Assembly (NCBI GenBank): GCA_008369845.1
Contig: MRSU01010827.1
Location: 1 to 38,551 of the forward strand
Length of the DNA stretch: 38,551 nucleotides
Source of the DNA: Trichomonas gallinae
Lineage: Eukaryota
Reading direction: 5' to 3'
Below the pieces are notes generated by a model. The model was not told the DNA's origin. It saw nothing but the letters and a program-made list of their open reading frames with translations, and did not search any database. Both the position numbers and the translations under genes were made by a program. The stretch's first letter is position 1. Every line of letters begins with the position of its first letter. This document shows, in pieces, positions 21,001 to 31,534 of the stretch.

Positions 21001-23160
21001 TGTTGGTCCGGAGTATAATACTTCAGCGGCGTGATCTGTGAGGAGTGGGTTGCAAACTGGGATGATCTCGTTCAAGCCGAGGAAGTCCTTGTGAACGTCC
21101 TGCCAGTTGTTCTTAGCGAATTCTGGGAATTCTCTGTATTCGAGATTGACATTGAAGTTCTTTGGTGGTCTGTCCGACAAGCACTTGAGGATTGCTGCTG
21201 TGAGCTCGGCACATGGTGCATCAAGCTGGTAGCCGTCGTAGTGGGAACCAGACATGACAGCGATCAAGATTGTTGCAAGGAACTGAGATGGAATCTTTGG
21301 AATGACTGTGTCAACGATTCTCTTAGCGAGCTTCTTGTCAACTGTGCTGCCGAAATGCATTGCGATTGGGTTGGCGATGACATTAGCGAGAACTTGCATG
21401 CGCTTGCTTGTGTTTGTAGCATTTGGAACGTTGGCGATCAAGTACAATAGGCGCTCGAAGCTGCTGAGTGCTGCTTTCTGGAATTCAGCATCATTTGACA
21501 ATAATGATTCGTATAACATCTTATTGACGAAGTTGATGTAAGCGTTGTAGCCTCTGTTGAGGTGGTCAAAGTTCTTTGACTCCCAGAACTTCATCTGTGT
21601 GAGGAAAACTTCGACGATGCTCATTCTTGTTGCCTGGTCGACTCCTGGGACTTTGCCTGGCATGAATGAGTACTTATCTAGTGAAGCACGCTTCTTTTCT
21701 GGAAGAACAAGAGCAATGTCGGCGACTGTAGCTAATTTGCAAATAAGGCCAACGAGTGCTGTGTTGTGGTTGGATTTGATGTACTGTGAGAACTTAGTTT
21801 CCTCTGTTGGATGGCGGATTGCTCCAAGAACGATAGAATTGCGTGTTTCGCGTTCGAGGAGTTCGATTGGTGTTCTAAATGGTGAAGCATTGACAGCAGC
21901 GTCGACATCACCGCCTGTCAAAGAAAGATTGTGGATGATTTCGAGGCAGATATTTGGATATGTGTTAGCATTTGTTGAAACTGCTGATTTCTTTGCGATG
22001 ATCTTCTTGCAAACTTCGTTGATGAATTTAACGCCTTCGTCGAAGAGAAGATGGTTCTCGTCTCTCATCTGGTTCGGGAACAAATCGTTTGCGACTGTTT
22101 GGAAGATATAGGAATTACTGCGTTCAACGAAATCCTTAACAACCCTCTCAACTGTTGCGTCGAAGAGCTTCTGGAAGATTCCGTCCTTAGCATCTCTGAG
22201 ATATCTCATGGATCTGTTATTTGTGATAAAATTCTCAGAAACAATCTTCATGAATTCCTCGCTGTTGTGTTCAACTGCGTTCTTGAAGACTGTGTAGTAG
22301 TAATTTGTTGGGATTACGCCTGCAATTTCAAGTTGGTTGAAATTGATGTTAATGATCGAAAGAGAGCGGTTTCCGTTGCCGTTAAGGACTGATGGGTATG
22401 GCATTGTGGGGAAAACCTTGTGAAGTGGGAAACTTGTGATGATTGATTTCAATTTCTCGATCAACTTCTGATTTGAATTCCAGACTGAGAATGAGCGGTT
22501 GATCAGACCAGAGATATGCTCGAGAGTAGCGTAAATAAGTGGAGACTTCCAGTCAAGTGTTTCTACGTATTTTAATGATTCCTGGAGGCAGTCGAGATAT
22601 GTATCGACAACCTTCTCGCGCTTTGTGTTGATGTAGATCTGAAGGTAGTTGTGTGCGTCGCGCTCTTGAAGGTCTTTGAAAGAATGCTTTCCATCTAAAG
22701 CGTACATGAGTTGCTCGGCGAAGGACGTGTTTCCGAACTTGAAATCTGAGCGTGGGATGCGAGCATTGGCGAGCTTAGCGATTACGTCTGTTGGAAGACA
22801 TGATAATGCATTTTGAGGCGCTCCTGGATAAGCGTGTGGTGCCTTGATAATTTCATATGCGACAGATGTGAGTTTCTCGTTCTCATCGCATAATTTCTCC
22901 ATCTTGGAGAAGATTGCACCCAAATGTCTAGATTGTGTTGGGTTTTGGGAAACAGTTTGAATGAATTTGAGGAGTGTCTCCTTTGGCATATCGATGACCA
23001 TCTGTTTGATGAGGTCTTCCTCGTCGAGGATGTCCATTAATGAGCTGAAGACAGGCTGGTCGACAATAACTTGGAAAATACGATCCCATTGCTTGCCTTT
23101 GACAAGCGAGATCAAGTAGTCTGTGTTGTGTACTTCAATGAAGTCGGATGTGGTGTTCAT
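18082..23160 (-). CDS. Large hypothetical protein (~1692 aa) with a Met/Ala/Pro/Cys-rich then acidic C-terminal tail
   Basis: Single long ORF with strongly biased, GC3-rich codons (TTC, AAG, ATC, AAC). Start moved from TTG to ATG 23160 (MNTTSDF), which is preceded by tandem Inr-like TCACTT/TCATTT. Confidence 0.9.
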   Translation of the reverse strand: MNTTSDFIEVHNTDYLISLVKGKQWDRIFQVIVDQPVFSSLMDILDEEDLIKQMVIDMPKETLLKFIQTVSQNPTQSRHLGAIFSKMEKLCDENEKLTSVAYEIIKAPHAYPGAPQNALSCLPTDVIAKLANARIPRSDFKFGNTSFAEQLMYALDGKHSFKDLQERDAHNYLQIYINTKREKVVDTYLDCLQESLKYVETLDWKSPLIYATLEHISGLINRSFSVWNSNQKLIEKLKSIITSFPLHKVFPTMPYPSVLNGNGNRSLSIININFNQLEIAGVIPTNYYYTVFKNAVEHNSEEFMKIVSENFITNNRSMRYLRDAKDGIFQKLFDATVERVVKDFVERSNSYIFQTVANDLFPNQMRDENHLLFDEGVKFINEVCKKIIAKKSAVSTNANTYPNICLEIIHNLSLTGGDVDAAVNASPFRTPIELLERETRNSIVLGAIRHPTEETKFSQYIKSNHNTALVGLICKLATVADIALVLPEKKRASLDKYSFMPGKVPGVDQATRMSIVEVFLTQMKFWESKNFDHLNRGYNAYINFVNKMLYESLLSNDAEFQKAALSSFERLLYLIANVPNATNTSKRMQVLANVIANPIAMHFGSTVDKKLAKRIVDTVIPKIPSQFLATILIAVMSGSHYDGYQLDAPCAELTAAILKCLSDRPPKNFNVNLEYREFPEFAKNNWQDVHKDFLGLNEIIPVCNPLLTDHAAEVLYSGPTHVPDNQEDLSAKLSQAVWFEVVKAVNAYAAVYQPIEYETERAKMFISLRQFAIDHASAPLVKYIELKLPSVFGLEHYFKVSGESIRLIYNQSYFPMIKELYPDAIFDFATVKKLYEFVFLDEKGALKNVPPPPFDGFEFQIYFKQHPHTPTVCQERDFQNILTNYKFNTLNNVVSAANNYYENATQYNTAQLVGEKLEEVFKAEKKFQKSERKTTGQGSFAVAEFQTIFEALNKCNASEFYESRNSLNTLQQFYVNNFESFRNAPMITALLDLIIKDLAAPRLTKKLGKNVVTFHELEEWANNCIQIGTYSLGKLQNLGLLAKLSDNTVHERFSSPSRAFRYIVDSKNVDNIVAAMNCYFFADDANYLAHNLIPTYEVIDRILKGATVLDEFIVPLCAAAVDSQVVGFPAPAAYVDFLKFAAKRGVECKRAAVANAAYYCQLHSQCGLQIPEVFEVFEIAQKGNADEMTVFFCLLCAYQPTCSAIRNIPALSEFTNRNIHPAHYTPNTTDITIPKELGAFYEKVVDSFIINGLLSTRSEYVELATAVLGEMNLGEGLPARIAPFIEKGLNGLSPGEDNKSFIKFATSFAALHEEFPNCFTAYESAIKTLSKHSYKILRENARRKKDSEYPESFTKLGADFTTIADAVGKVFTEFKEPKEMVATSKFCRKVLKTFEESTPAVAVTEFLNLVTTVSYFGDENVEKLVAETDKKTALTHLIRSFANHADLCNYLPVQIGQIYGHLNSTFAPEHVIELSKLPRSLQRATNLSSIFVNDVLQHLPEGSDDELTDIIAKLGIFARNDVAPAPVTNGGPMFRRHMMKCFAAPMECCDMALGAAAPMAFSRAAAPCGAPPPCPPPAAAAPMLCSFAAAAPEPQAFRAKSADIDMMARNEIAPMALMAKSEAPLEVMTLECANEVEADADVLEEEAVALDAPMEGIAGPDAEEEEFAEDVAEPEGEGETTEQTEDILDLWN

Positions 23161-24916
23161 TAGCAAAAATGAAGTGAGACGATAGAAAGAAAAAATTATG
23201 AAAAAATTTTGATCATGAAAAGTGACAAAAACTTTCTAAAATTGAAACAATGCGATCATTTTGAATAAAAATAAAAACAATTATACATGTGCTTATGCTG
23301 CGAAATTAAAGCTAAAATTTAGATATTTTATGGATTTGATGTTAAAAGTAAAAAATTATCGTAAATTTTAAAAGACAGGGGATTCCCACTATTCAAATCA
23401 TTTGTAAAGTTTTCAAAATTTTTGTAATTATTTGTAAATTATTCAAAGGGATTTGACCCGTATTGTAAAGTAGTCAATGTTATATAATGACGGATGTAAT
23501 TTCGATCAATTTGGATGAAATATAGATCATGTATACTATCTAATTCGATATTCCTTAAAATTCCAAGAACTTCTGGCAAACAAGTCAACTCAGTTTGAGG
23601 ACAAAAACGTGCTTACGATGCATCATTCTCATCCCGTATGCATATGGATCAGCTGTTGGCCGATTTAATGATATTTTCAAATTCCTCAATGAGAATCATC
23701 TTTTCAATTTTGAATTCAGGAAGATTCAAAATTAATAAATAATGCCAGCTCATGTCAATGCCATGTGATAAATTCGATTTTATTTAAGATTATTGACTTT
23801 ATTCAATTATCGTTTATACGATCATTTTCTTTTCAAACTCAAATAATTTATAATCAAAATATAAGTCTATTGTCAAAATAATTGGAATTAAAGTTTACGC
23901 TAAAACTTTATATTTTTGAGAGGATAGGTCATGAACCATTTTACATCATAATTTTTGTCATTTTATGCGAATATCTGTCAAAACTTTTGTGTCTGCAATA
24001 ACTCAAATCCAATGTTTTTGATATTTACATACAATAAAACTCATATGATATAAATTACTTTTTGCTTTTCAAATTTCAAATTAATCAATGTTAAAATTGA
24101 ATGTTTGATGAATTGTAATATGCAAAATAAATAGTTATTATATCAGTAAGCATCTATCTAAACAAAGAAACATCCAATTGATTTTAATAAAATATCGAAA
24201 TATATTTTGATTTCATTCTTCAATCATGAAATCCCTTATTGATGTCAATATACTCGATGTGTATATGTTGAATATTAGCTCAAATCAAGGTATTATCACA
24301 AATAAATATTATAAAAAATGAAGGAAAGACATCACATTCAGTTTGCAAATACCGCGAATTAGTTTCTGCGTGAAATTTATTCAAGCAAAAATCTCTCAAT
24401 TTTGTCCAACATCAAGACATCATACAGACTTTGCCAGCACAGATAGAGGATAATTCACATGGATTTAATCATTCTATATATATTCTTCTGTAATACTACC
24501 AACGGAAGATATTAATATAAACGATGTACATCTAGTTACAAATCATTTTTTATCAACTTAAAAATTATTATAAAAAAAACTGACTGTAAAAAAATAATTA
24601 AATATAAATTAATTGTGTAATATTGGTGCTTATTATAAAAAAAAATTATGTAGCATACGATTATTTTCAATTCAAAATTGAGATTTTCAGAAAGTAGAAT
24701 ATTCATATATCACATAATTAAAATTTTTCTACATTTTGTGCGCTTTCGCGCCCGTAAAATATCTCACAATTTTAATTTTTTTGTAAAGTTATCAAAAATA
24801 TTAAAATATAAATTTATTTTACTATATCATGATTCATTGTATAAATTTTTTGTAAATTTATCAAAAAAATAAAAAGTGACAATGAACCCCATTTAAAAAT
24901 TTAATAAAAAAATTAA

Positions 24917-26152
24917 ATGAATGAGATTATTGTAGGTTCTAAATATAGAATCAAGAAGAAACGGGGAAGTGGCAGCTTCGGTGATATATATGCTGGCGAG
25001 CATATCATTACACTCGAAGAAGTCGCTGTCAAATTTGAATCAGTAGATAATATTCCACCTCAATTACTTTGCGAATCGAAAATATACAAAACACTACGTG
25101 GTGGTGTTGGCATCCCTGATCTGAAATGGTACGGTGTTGAAGGAGATTACAATGTTATGGTCATCGAATTACTTTCATCTACATTAGAAAATCTTTTGGA
25201 TGAATGCCAACGTAGCTTCTCTCTAAAAACAGTACTAATGATCGCTGATCAAATGCTATCGAGAATACAATATATACACAACAATGGCATACTTCATCGC
25301 GATATTAAACCAGAAAACTTCATGCTCGGCATCGAAAAGAACCAAAACATCATCTACTCAATCGATTTTGGTCTATCTAAAAGGTATATAGACCCTAAAA
25401 CAGGAAAACATATTCCGCAAATCGATGGAAGAACACTTTTAGGTACTGCAAGATACGCGTCACTAAATACTCACCGTGGTATTGAGCAAAGTAGACGTGA
25501 TGATTTAGAAAGTATCGCTTATGTTTTGATATATCTATTAAAAGGTTCTCTACCTTGGCAAGGGTTCAAAGAAGAGAATCGAACAAGAAAACACCAGCTC
25601 ATATATGATTGCAAGCTTAAGACGTCGCCTGAAGAATTATGCAGCGGTTTGCCGATTGAATTTACAAATTTCTTAACATCGGTCAGAGCGCTCGGTTTCA
25701 AAGAAGATCCTGATTACTCTAAGTACAGAGCTGATTTCCGCGCGTTATTTGAGCGTTTGGGCTTTGTTTACGATTATAAATATGATTGGGTTCTTAGAGC
25801 AGAATTAGTTCGAGCAACTGATAACAGACCAATGTCTACCGATCTTGTTTCTCCATCATCAATGATGATGACGGATTCTCCAGGAATTTCCGCACAACCA
25901 AGTAATTTGGGCTCAAAACTCATTACTTCTGGCTCTGCAGCTTCGGTGCAACTAAATATGAAGGGAAATCTCAACCATGTAAGGACTGCAACACCTCTTA
26001 TCACCATTGCACAGCAAAGTCACCCACAGCCAGGCGGACAACTTAAATCTTCAGCGACAATGGGGCAAATGCCCACGAGACAAAAGATCTCACCACAGAC
26101 GTCACTACTATGGGCGATGAAAAATGGCCAATTCACGCCAAAACGAACCTAA
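24917..26152 (+). CDS. Casein kinase 1 family kinase (411 aa)
   Basis: GSGSFG, VAVK, HRDIKPENF, DFGLSK and GTARYASLNTHRGIEQSRRDDLES (CK1 signature), followed by an S/T/P/Q-rich C-terminal tail. AAAGTGAC at 24873-24880. Confidence 0.97.
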   Translation: MNEIIVGSKYRIKKKRGSGSFGDIYAGEHIITLEEVAVKFESVDNIPPQLLCESKIYKTLRGGVGIPDLKWYGVEGDYNVMVIELLSSTLENLLDECQRSFSLKTVLMIADQMLSRIQYIHNNGILHRDIKPENFMLGIEKNQNIIYSIDFGLSKRYIDPKTGKHIPQIDGRTLLGTARYASLNTHRGIEQSRRDDLESIAYVLIYLLKGSLPWQGFKEENRTRKHQLIYDCKLKTSPEELCSGLPIEFTNFLTSVRALGFKEDPDYSKYRADFRALFERLGFVYDYKYDWVLRAELVRATDNRPMSTDLVSPSSMMMTDSPGISAQPSNLGSKLITSGSAASVQLNMKGNLNHVRTATPLITIAQQSHPQPGGQLKSSATMGQMPTRQKISPQTSLLWAMKNGQFTPKRT

Positions 26153-26359
26153 TTTTTTCTGATTTTTACTAATTTTGTTTGATTTGATATTAAATATTTG
26201 TTATACGATTAAATGTGTTTATATCTTTTTGTGATTATCAAGAAAATCGATTTTTTGGAAATTGATAAATTTCGAAATTTGAAAATCGCGAATTTAGTCT
26301 ATGAAGAGAATTTCGGAGATATTTTCCGGCATTTTCTGACATGAAAATTTCTTTTCTCA

Positions 26360-26665
26360 ATGATTTTTATTTTTCTTCCTTTATTCATCACTTCAAGCCA
26401 TGACAATGAAGATGTTATATATTGAAGGAGAGTAGTAGCTGAATATCAAACAGATTATGAGTATTCAAATCTAGAAGAAAGTTCATATTATGAATAGTCA
26501 AATGATAACGAAGAATCAAGCTACAATGAAATAATAGCAGAAAGTAGTCGCAAATTTACTCATAAAAACGATTCATATGAAGAAGATGATCAGTATCAAA
26601 AATATCCTTTGTATTATTACGATGTATATTTCCCAGATGACCTTGAAAGACATGAAATGTTATAA
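26360..26665 (+). pseudogene. Signal-peptide-bearing acidic Tyr-rich ORF interrupted by two in-frame stops
   Basis: One frame reads MIFIFLPLFITSSHDNEDVIY*RRVVAEYQTDYEYSNLEESSYYE*SNDNEESSYNE...DDLERHEML*, with TGA at 26423, TAG at 26495 and no frameshift. Confidence 0.55.
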
Positions 26666-27270
26666 ATTCTGCATTTATCCAAACTTCAATTATTCCATAT
26701 CAGATACTCTTAAGATCACCAAACGTATAAGATAATTTTGATATGCTTATATATTTAGAAAATACTATCATATTATTGTTGTTTGAAATGATATTCAATA
26801 GATAATTGTTTCATAAACTTTAAGCCTTAGCTGAAATATTCATTATACATACTAATTTTCCATAAACATCTAAAACTAAATACATATCATTTCATAACAA
26901 TTGGTATTTTATTATTTGAATAATTTTTTCTTGCATTGTAATTGATGTATAGCTAGTTTTATCATATAGCTTGATGAACTGTATCATATCTCTCATACAC
27001 TTATTTCATAAATTCACACATTAAATAAAAAGTTAAGGAAAATTCAATCTTATATAGCTAATTACCCAAAGCATAGAACCATAACCTGTATGAAAATGGA
27101 TTGGTGTTGTTACAATAGTCATTTAGAATAACATAAAAAAAGAGTCCATAACATTATATAATTGAACCTTAAATTATGTTGTATTAACCTTATAATGAAA
27201 TCTGACAATGTAAAAAAAAATCTGACACATATTATAGTTATGAAAAAAATGAGGTGATTTAATAACTGAT

Positions 27271-27873
27271 TTAGAGCTTCCATGCGTTTGTCATCATAAG
27301 GGCGAAGTATTCATCATTATCGATGGATGGTGAGATGTGGCGATAGTAATCAATAAACTCTGTACGTGTGATTTTGCCATCAGCGTCTGTGTCATAGGAT
27401 GCAAGAAGGTTAGCGAAGATCTTGCCAGCTGTTGTCTTGCCCATTTTGACGAGATCGGAGGACTCTGGGTTGTAAACGAGCTTGAGGTCTTCAATAGAGA
27501 CGACACCAGAGCCATCCTTGTCGAGCTTATCGAAAGCCTTGTTGCACCATTTGATTCTCTCCTCGTTCATTGGTGGAGCCATCTGATAGAGGAATTCATC
27601 GTAGTCGATTGTGCCGTTTCCGTTAGAGTCGAGAAGGCGGCTGAGTTCTGTGAGTTCTGTCTTGTTAAGGATGACACCTATATCATTCATAAGCTTTGGA
27701 AGCTCATTCTTGAGATCGATGACGCGGTCGCCGGAGTCATCAGCAATTCTGAAGAGGCGGCCAATTCCCTTGATGCCGACAGCACCACGCTCAACAACGC
27801 GCTGGCGGATACGGTTCATGAGGGCATTTAATTCGATATACTTACGCTGTGGTGCAACGTATGTAGACGACAT
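27271..27873 (-). CDS. Calcyphosin-like EF-hand protein (200 aa)
   Basis: Four EF-hand loops (DDSGDRVID, DSNGNGTIDYDE, DKDGSGVVSIED, DTDADGKITRTE), an N-terminal RGAVGIKGIGRLFR and a C-terminal ISPSIDNDEYF...NAWKL, all typical of calcyphosins. Confidence 0.92.
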   Translation of the reverse strand: MSSTYVAPQRKYIELNALMNRIRQRVVERGAVGIKGIGRLFRIADDSGDRVIDLKNELPKLMNDIGVILNKTELTELSRLLDSNGNGTIDYDEFLYQMAPPMNEERIKWCNKAFDKLDKDGSGVVSIEDLKLVYNPESSDLVKMGKTTAGKIFANLLASYDTDADGKITRTEFIDYYRHISPSIDNDEYFALMMTNAWKL

Positions 27874-28819
27874 TTTTTTCTAATAATAAATCGTTACCGG
27901 TTTTTTTCTTGCTTCACCAAGAAAACTCGCATATATTTAAAAATGACTTAATATTTTAGATCTTTTTATGCGCAAAATGACTATCATTTTTTTGAACGAT
28001 AGAAATGTAAACATTTATAACGTTTTTTATAATTCTTTTGGTTATGGGGCTGGTGTTAAATCTATGTGTTGTTAAAGTCTTGCCTTTCCCTATTATTCAT
28101 TCCTTATGACTTAGTTTTGATTTTGTTCAAAATGATATTGATATTCACATATTTTATGGGTCTTATATTATATATCGAGGCAATTATCTGATTGCATAGG
28201 CTTGAATTTCGCAATTGTTTCATCCTTAATGATTTGTTCTGGTTTTGCTCAAATTGAAGATTGAAATTCAGTCAAATTGAATTTTATAGAACGAATACTT
28301 GTTATCTTGCATAGATTTATAAATATTTGATGTATATTGATATATTGTTGAACAATTTTGTTTCATTTTTCGCATGAAATATATTGGAATTAGGAAATAT
28401 TGATTTTTATGCTTATTCAATGTGAGGATGTGATTTATTTTTACTGTATATGTTGAATTTTATATGATTTGTCCTCTTTTCACAATATTATAAGAACAAT
28501 TTTTTAGAAATTTGAGAGTTAATGGAATTACCTTATAACATTCTTTGAGAGTGATATATTCTGATAGAACATTATATTTCATTTGGTCACACTATGTCAA
28601 TTCACCGAAAAACATATAAATTCGAAATTATATGTTAATGTTATAACATGGTTAATTTTGGATTTCTAATATAATATATTAATGTAATTTCGTAGTTTCA
28701 AGTATATGTTGAATGAAGAGCTTCATTACTCTTCAATGATAAAAAAAAATATCATTTGTATAATAAACGCTAATCATACAAAACAAAATTTACATAGATA
28801 TAAAAAACAAAACATAATA

Positions 28820-30316
28820 TTAATTAAACAAATCCTTAATCTGTTCATCAACCGCATTTTTGTCGAAATCAATATTGTTTGCTTCTGCAAGATCAACAAT
28901 CTGAGTCCAAATTCCTTTCTTCATTGCCTTTACCTTCTTAGCTTCACTTTCTTGCCTAGCAATTTCCAGCTTAGATCCTGCATCATGGTGAATGGCCATA
29001 ACTATCCTTGCAGCATCAACAGCAGCCTTTGAAACGAGAACATTCCAATGTGTGCTGCACCTATCGATTCCATTAAGCACCATTGGAATCAATCTACTCG
29101 CTAAACTCGCAAAAACTAATATAAATGACTTTGACGAAATAACGTTCAAAGCAGCTACGTTAGTTTTGTAGTTGTATGATGCTAGAGAGTCTTTAAGTAT
29201 GCTAAACATGATATAACCGGACTTTTCGATGTCTTGTGCTGGAATATGCGGAGCGATGAAAGTGAAGTGGCTTAAAAACGCGCATTCTTTGTTCGTGTCA
29301 GTTTTAGGCCAGTGTCTTACTAATTCTTGAAGAGTCCAAGCAGCAATACTTCCATCCTGAGTTTCATAAAATTCTGCAAGCTGGTTGAATGGCAAAAAGA
29401 ACTCGTAAGACATCTGCGAGCAAATTAGAGGGAAAATTATGTTCTTGTATAGAGAATAAAACGGAGTTTTCAAAGGCAAAGTTTGAGTTTTCAGAAAATG
29501 TAGCAAAAATCTTAAACAAGGCGCAACACATGGATATAACATGTAATTGTCGCTGTATTTAAGTAACTGGCGAATAATTATCTGAAATATAATTTGTCGA
29601 TAGCCTGAAACTGTATCAAATACTAATTGGATAAATGACTCGACGGCCTGAGTCTCTTTAGGATCTGGGCTTTCCAACAAACCAACAAATCCGGAAAGAA
29701 AATCTTTTGTCAATAAAATTTGAAGAGAGCTTAACTCAGAATTCTGTACGAATGAATATAGTATCTTATGTATAGTAGACAGATGAAGCCAGCTGTTTGT
29801 ATTAATGGGAATGCGTGAATCTGCATAAATAATAGTTAAAGGAATTGGAGGGATAACGCGAATGAGATTTATCTTCACCATCTCGAAAACTTCTACTCGC
29901 AATGCTTCGTCCAAACCACGAAAAATATGGACGTTATTGACAGCATTAAAAATCTGTGTTAAGTAATCTGCTTTCTTGCTTCTGTTATTCATAGTCTGTG
30001 GGTTGTCGAAGTCAACAATAATCTTGCAAAATTGAATTATTTCATGTAGATGATTTGCGGTGGCTGGCGCTAATGGAATTGGTGCGTCATCTGATTGAGT
30101 AGGTTCTGGTGTGAATTGTACGAGTTGTACATTTCTTGCTGATGTGAATCCTATAGGTGGTCCTGACTTCGGATTTGTTCTTAATTTCGGCAGTGAACTA
30201 ACAAGAACACTCCTTCCATTACTTTGCTGCTGTGAAGAATCACTCCTTACACTAGAGCTTTTTTTCTGATGTTAGAATTAAAAATATACATATCTGTTAA
30301 GAAAATTACTCATCAT
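28820..30316 (-). CDS. PP2A regulatory subunit B56/B'-like protein (~490 aa), two exons: 30290-30316 and 28820-30265
   Basis: B56-like motifs (WLHLSTIH, LLESPDPKE, RHWPKTDTNKECAFL, STHWN). The frame stays open 91 codons upstream of the track ATG (29992) and joins a 9-codon ATG exon across a 24-nt GT-AG intron. Confidence 0.85.
30266..30289 (-). other. Putative 24-nt spliceosomal intron
   Basis: Minus strand reads GTATATTTTTAATTCTAACATCAG: a GT donor, a TCTAAC branch motif abutting the CAG acceptor, phase 0, and an in-frame TAA. Confidence 0.75.
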
Positions 30317-31534
30317 TTTATTATATTGGCATGAAAAGTGACATAATAATGTAAACCATTCAAATAAAAATTTTATTCTGATTTTTGGCTGTTTAGGATC
30401 AGGTGACAATGGTACGAATAAATTTTGGTACAGTTATATTTCATATTTTTTGAATTGCTCTCAATTTTTGATAAGGCATTTTGAAAAATAAGAAATATTG
30501 GATAAAAATATTAACCTTCATCTGTTTCGCAGTAAAACAACAACTGGCGAATAAAAATATTTACGTGACAAGCCTTGACATGTAAATAAAAATCAATCAT
30601 TTCGTTATCATCCTAATTGTTGATCCACTCAGGGTAAAGTAATACCTCCGTTTTGTGTTATTTTAATAAACCTGTTTTAAAAGCTTTAAATCATTAATTT
30701 TGTTTGAAATACAATTTCGTATTCCTTGAATATTGAATATAATGAGATAAAAACTAGTTAATATGTTTCATCTTCTGCTAATAACTATTGGATCAGTCCT
30801 CCCACCCCTATATACGCTGAGTTTTCAAACTCAACTAATTTCAAACAAGGAAAAATGTATTAAAAAATTGTCTAAAATTATCTTAATTTTTTAAAAATTC
30901 TAGGATTATGGGCATTTTCAGAGAGGTTTCTATCATACATCCTTCATAATTTTAAGCATGTAATGTGATGCTATGTCTGATTTTATATTTATTTCATTAT
31001 TTTCGATTTTTTAGAAATATCGAGTAAGATAAAACAAGTGTATGGGATATAAAACTGGGTAGATCTTCACAAAATGGATTTCATGTTAATAAAACAGTAG
31101 TATTATTGATTATTATGATCGAAAATTTTCAAAAAGTTGAAATCAGGAATGATTTCTGATCTTATTCTGATTGAATTGCAATGGTGAACCGAAAATTCTA
31201 TTGACAATGCTTTTCCTGAAGATTTTATAACATTTTCACAAAGAAATGAAAAAGAATCCTTGACTGATGAATGAACCATAATCCAAAACTATTTAGTGCC
31301 TAAATCAATCTAATTCGTTCATTCTGCAGTTCTTTGGATCGATATTTGCTGCTTAGATGATATTCAGTAGCTAATGTGAATATATAGTCACAGAAAACCA
31401 ATCTGTTCAGGATCCACAAGTGTAATTCTTTGATAAAAGCAAAATAATATTTATGAAAATTTTGAAACATGGATTTGTGATTGATAAATAACATGAAAAG
31501 AAAACATTTAATACAAACAATATATAAATATAAG

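Noticed and set aside
18101..22392. Many 60-228 aa antisense and alternate-frame ORFs inside the 1692-aa gene
   Set aside because: Expected shadows of strong codon bias (few TTA/CTA codons on the sense strand), with no protein motifs.
23500..24530. Coding-like fragments between the 1692-aa gene and CK1
   Set aside because: Probably decayed coding DNA, but no family motif is recognisable to support a call.
27294..27883. Antisense ORFs over the calcyphosin-like gene
   Set aside because: Codon-bias shadows of a well-supported gene on the minus strand.
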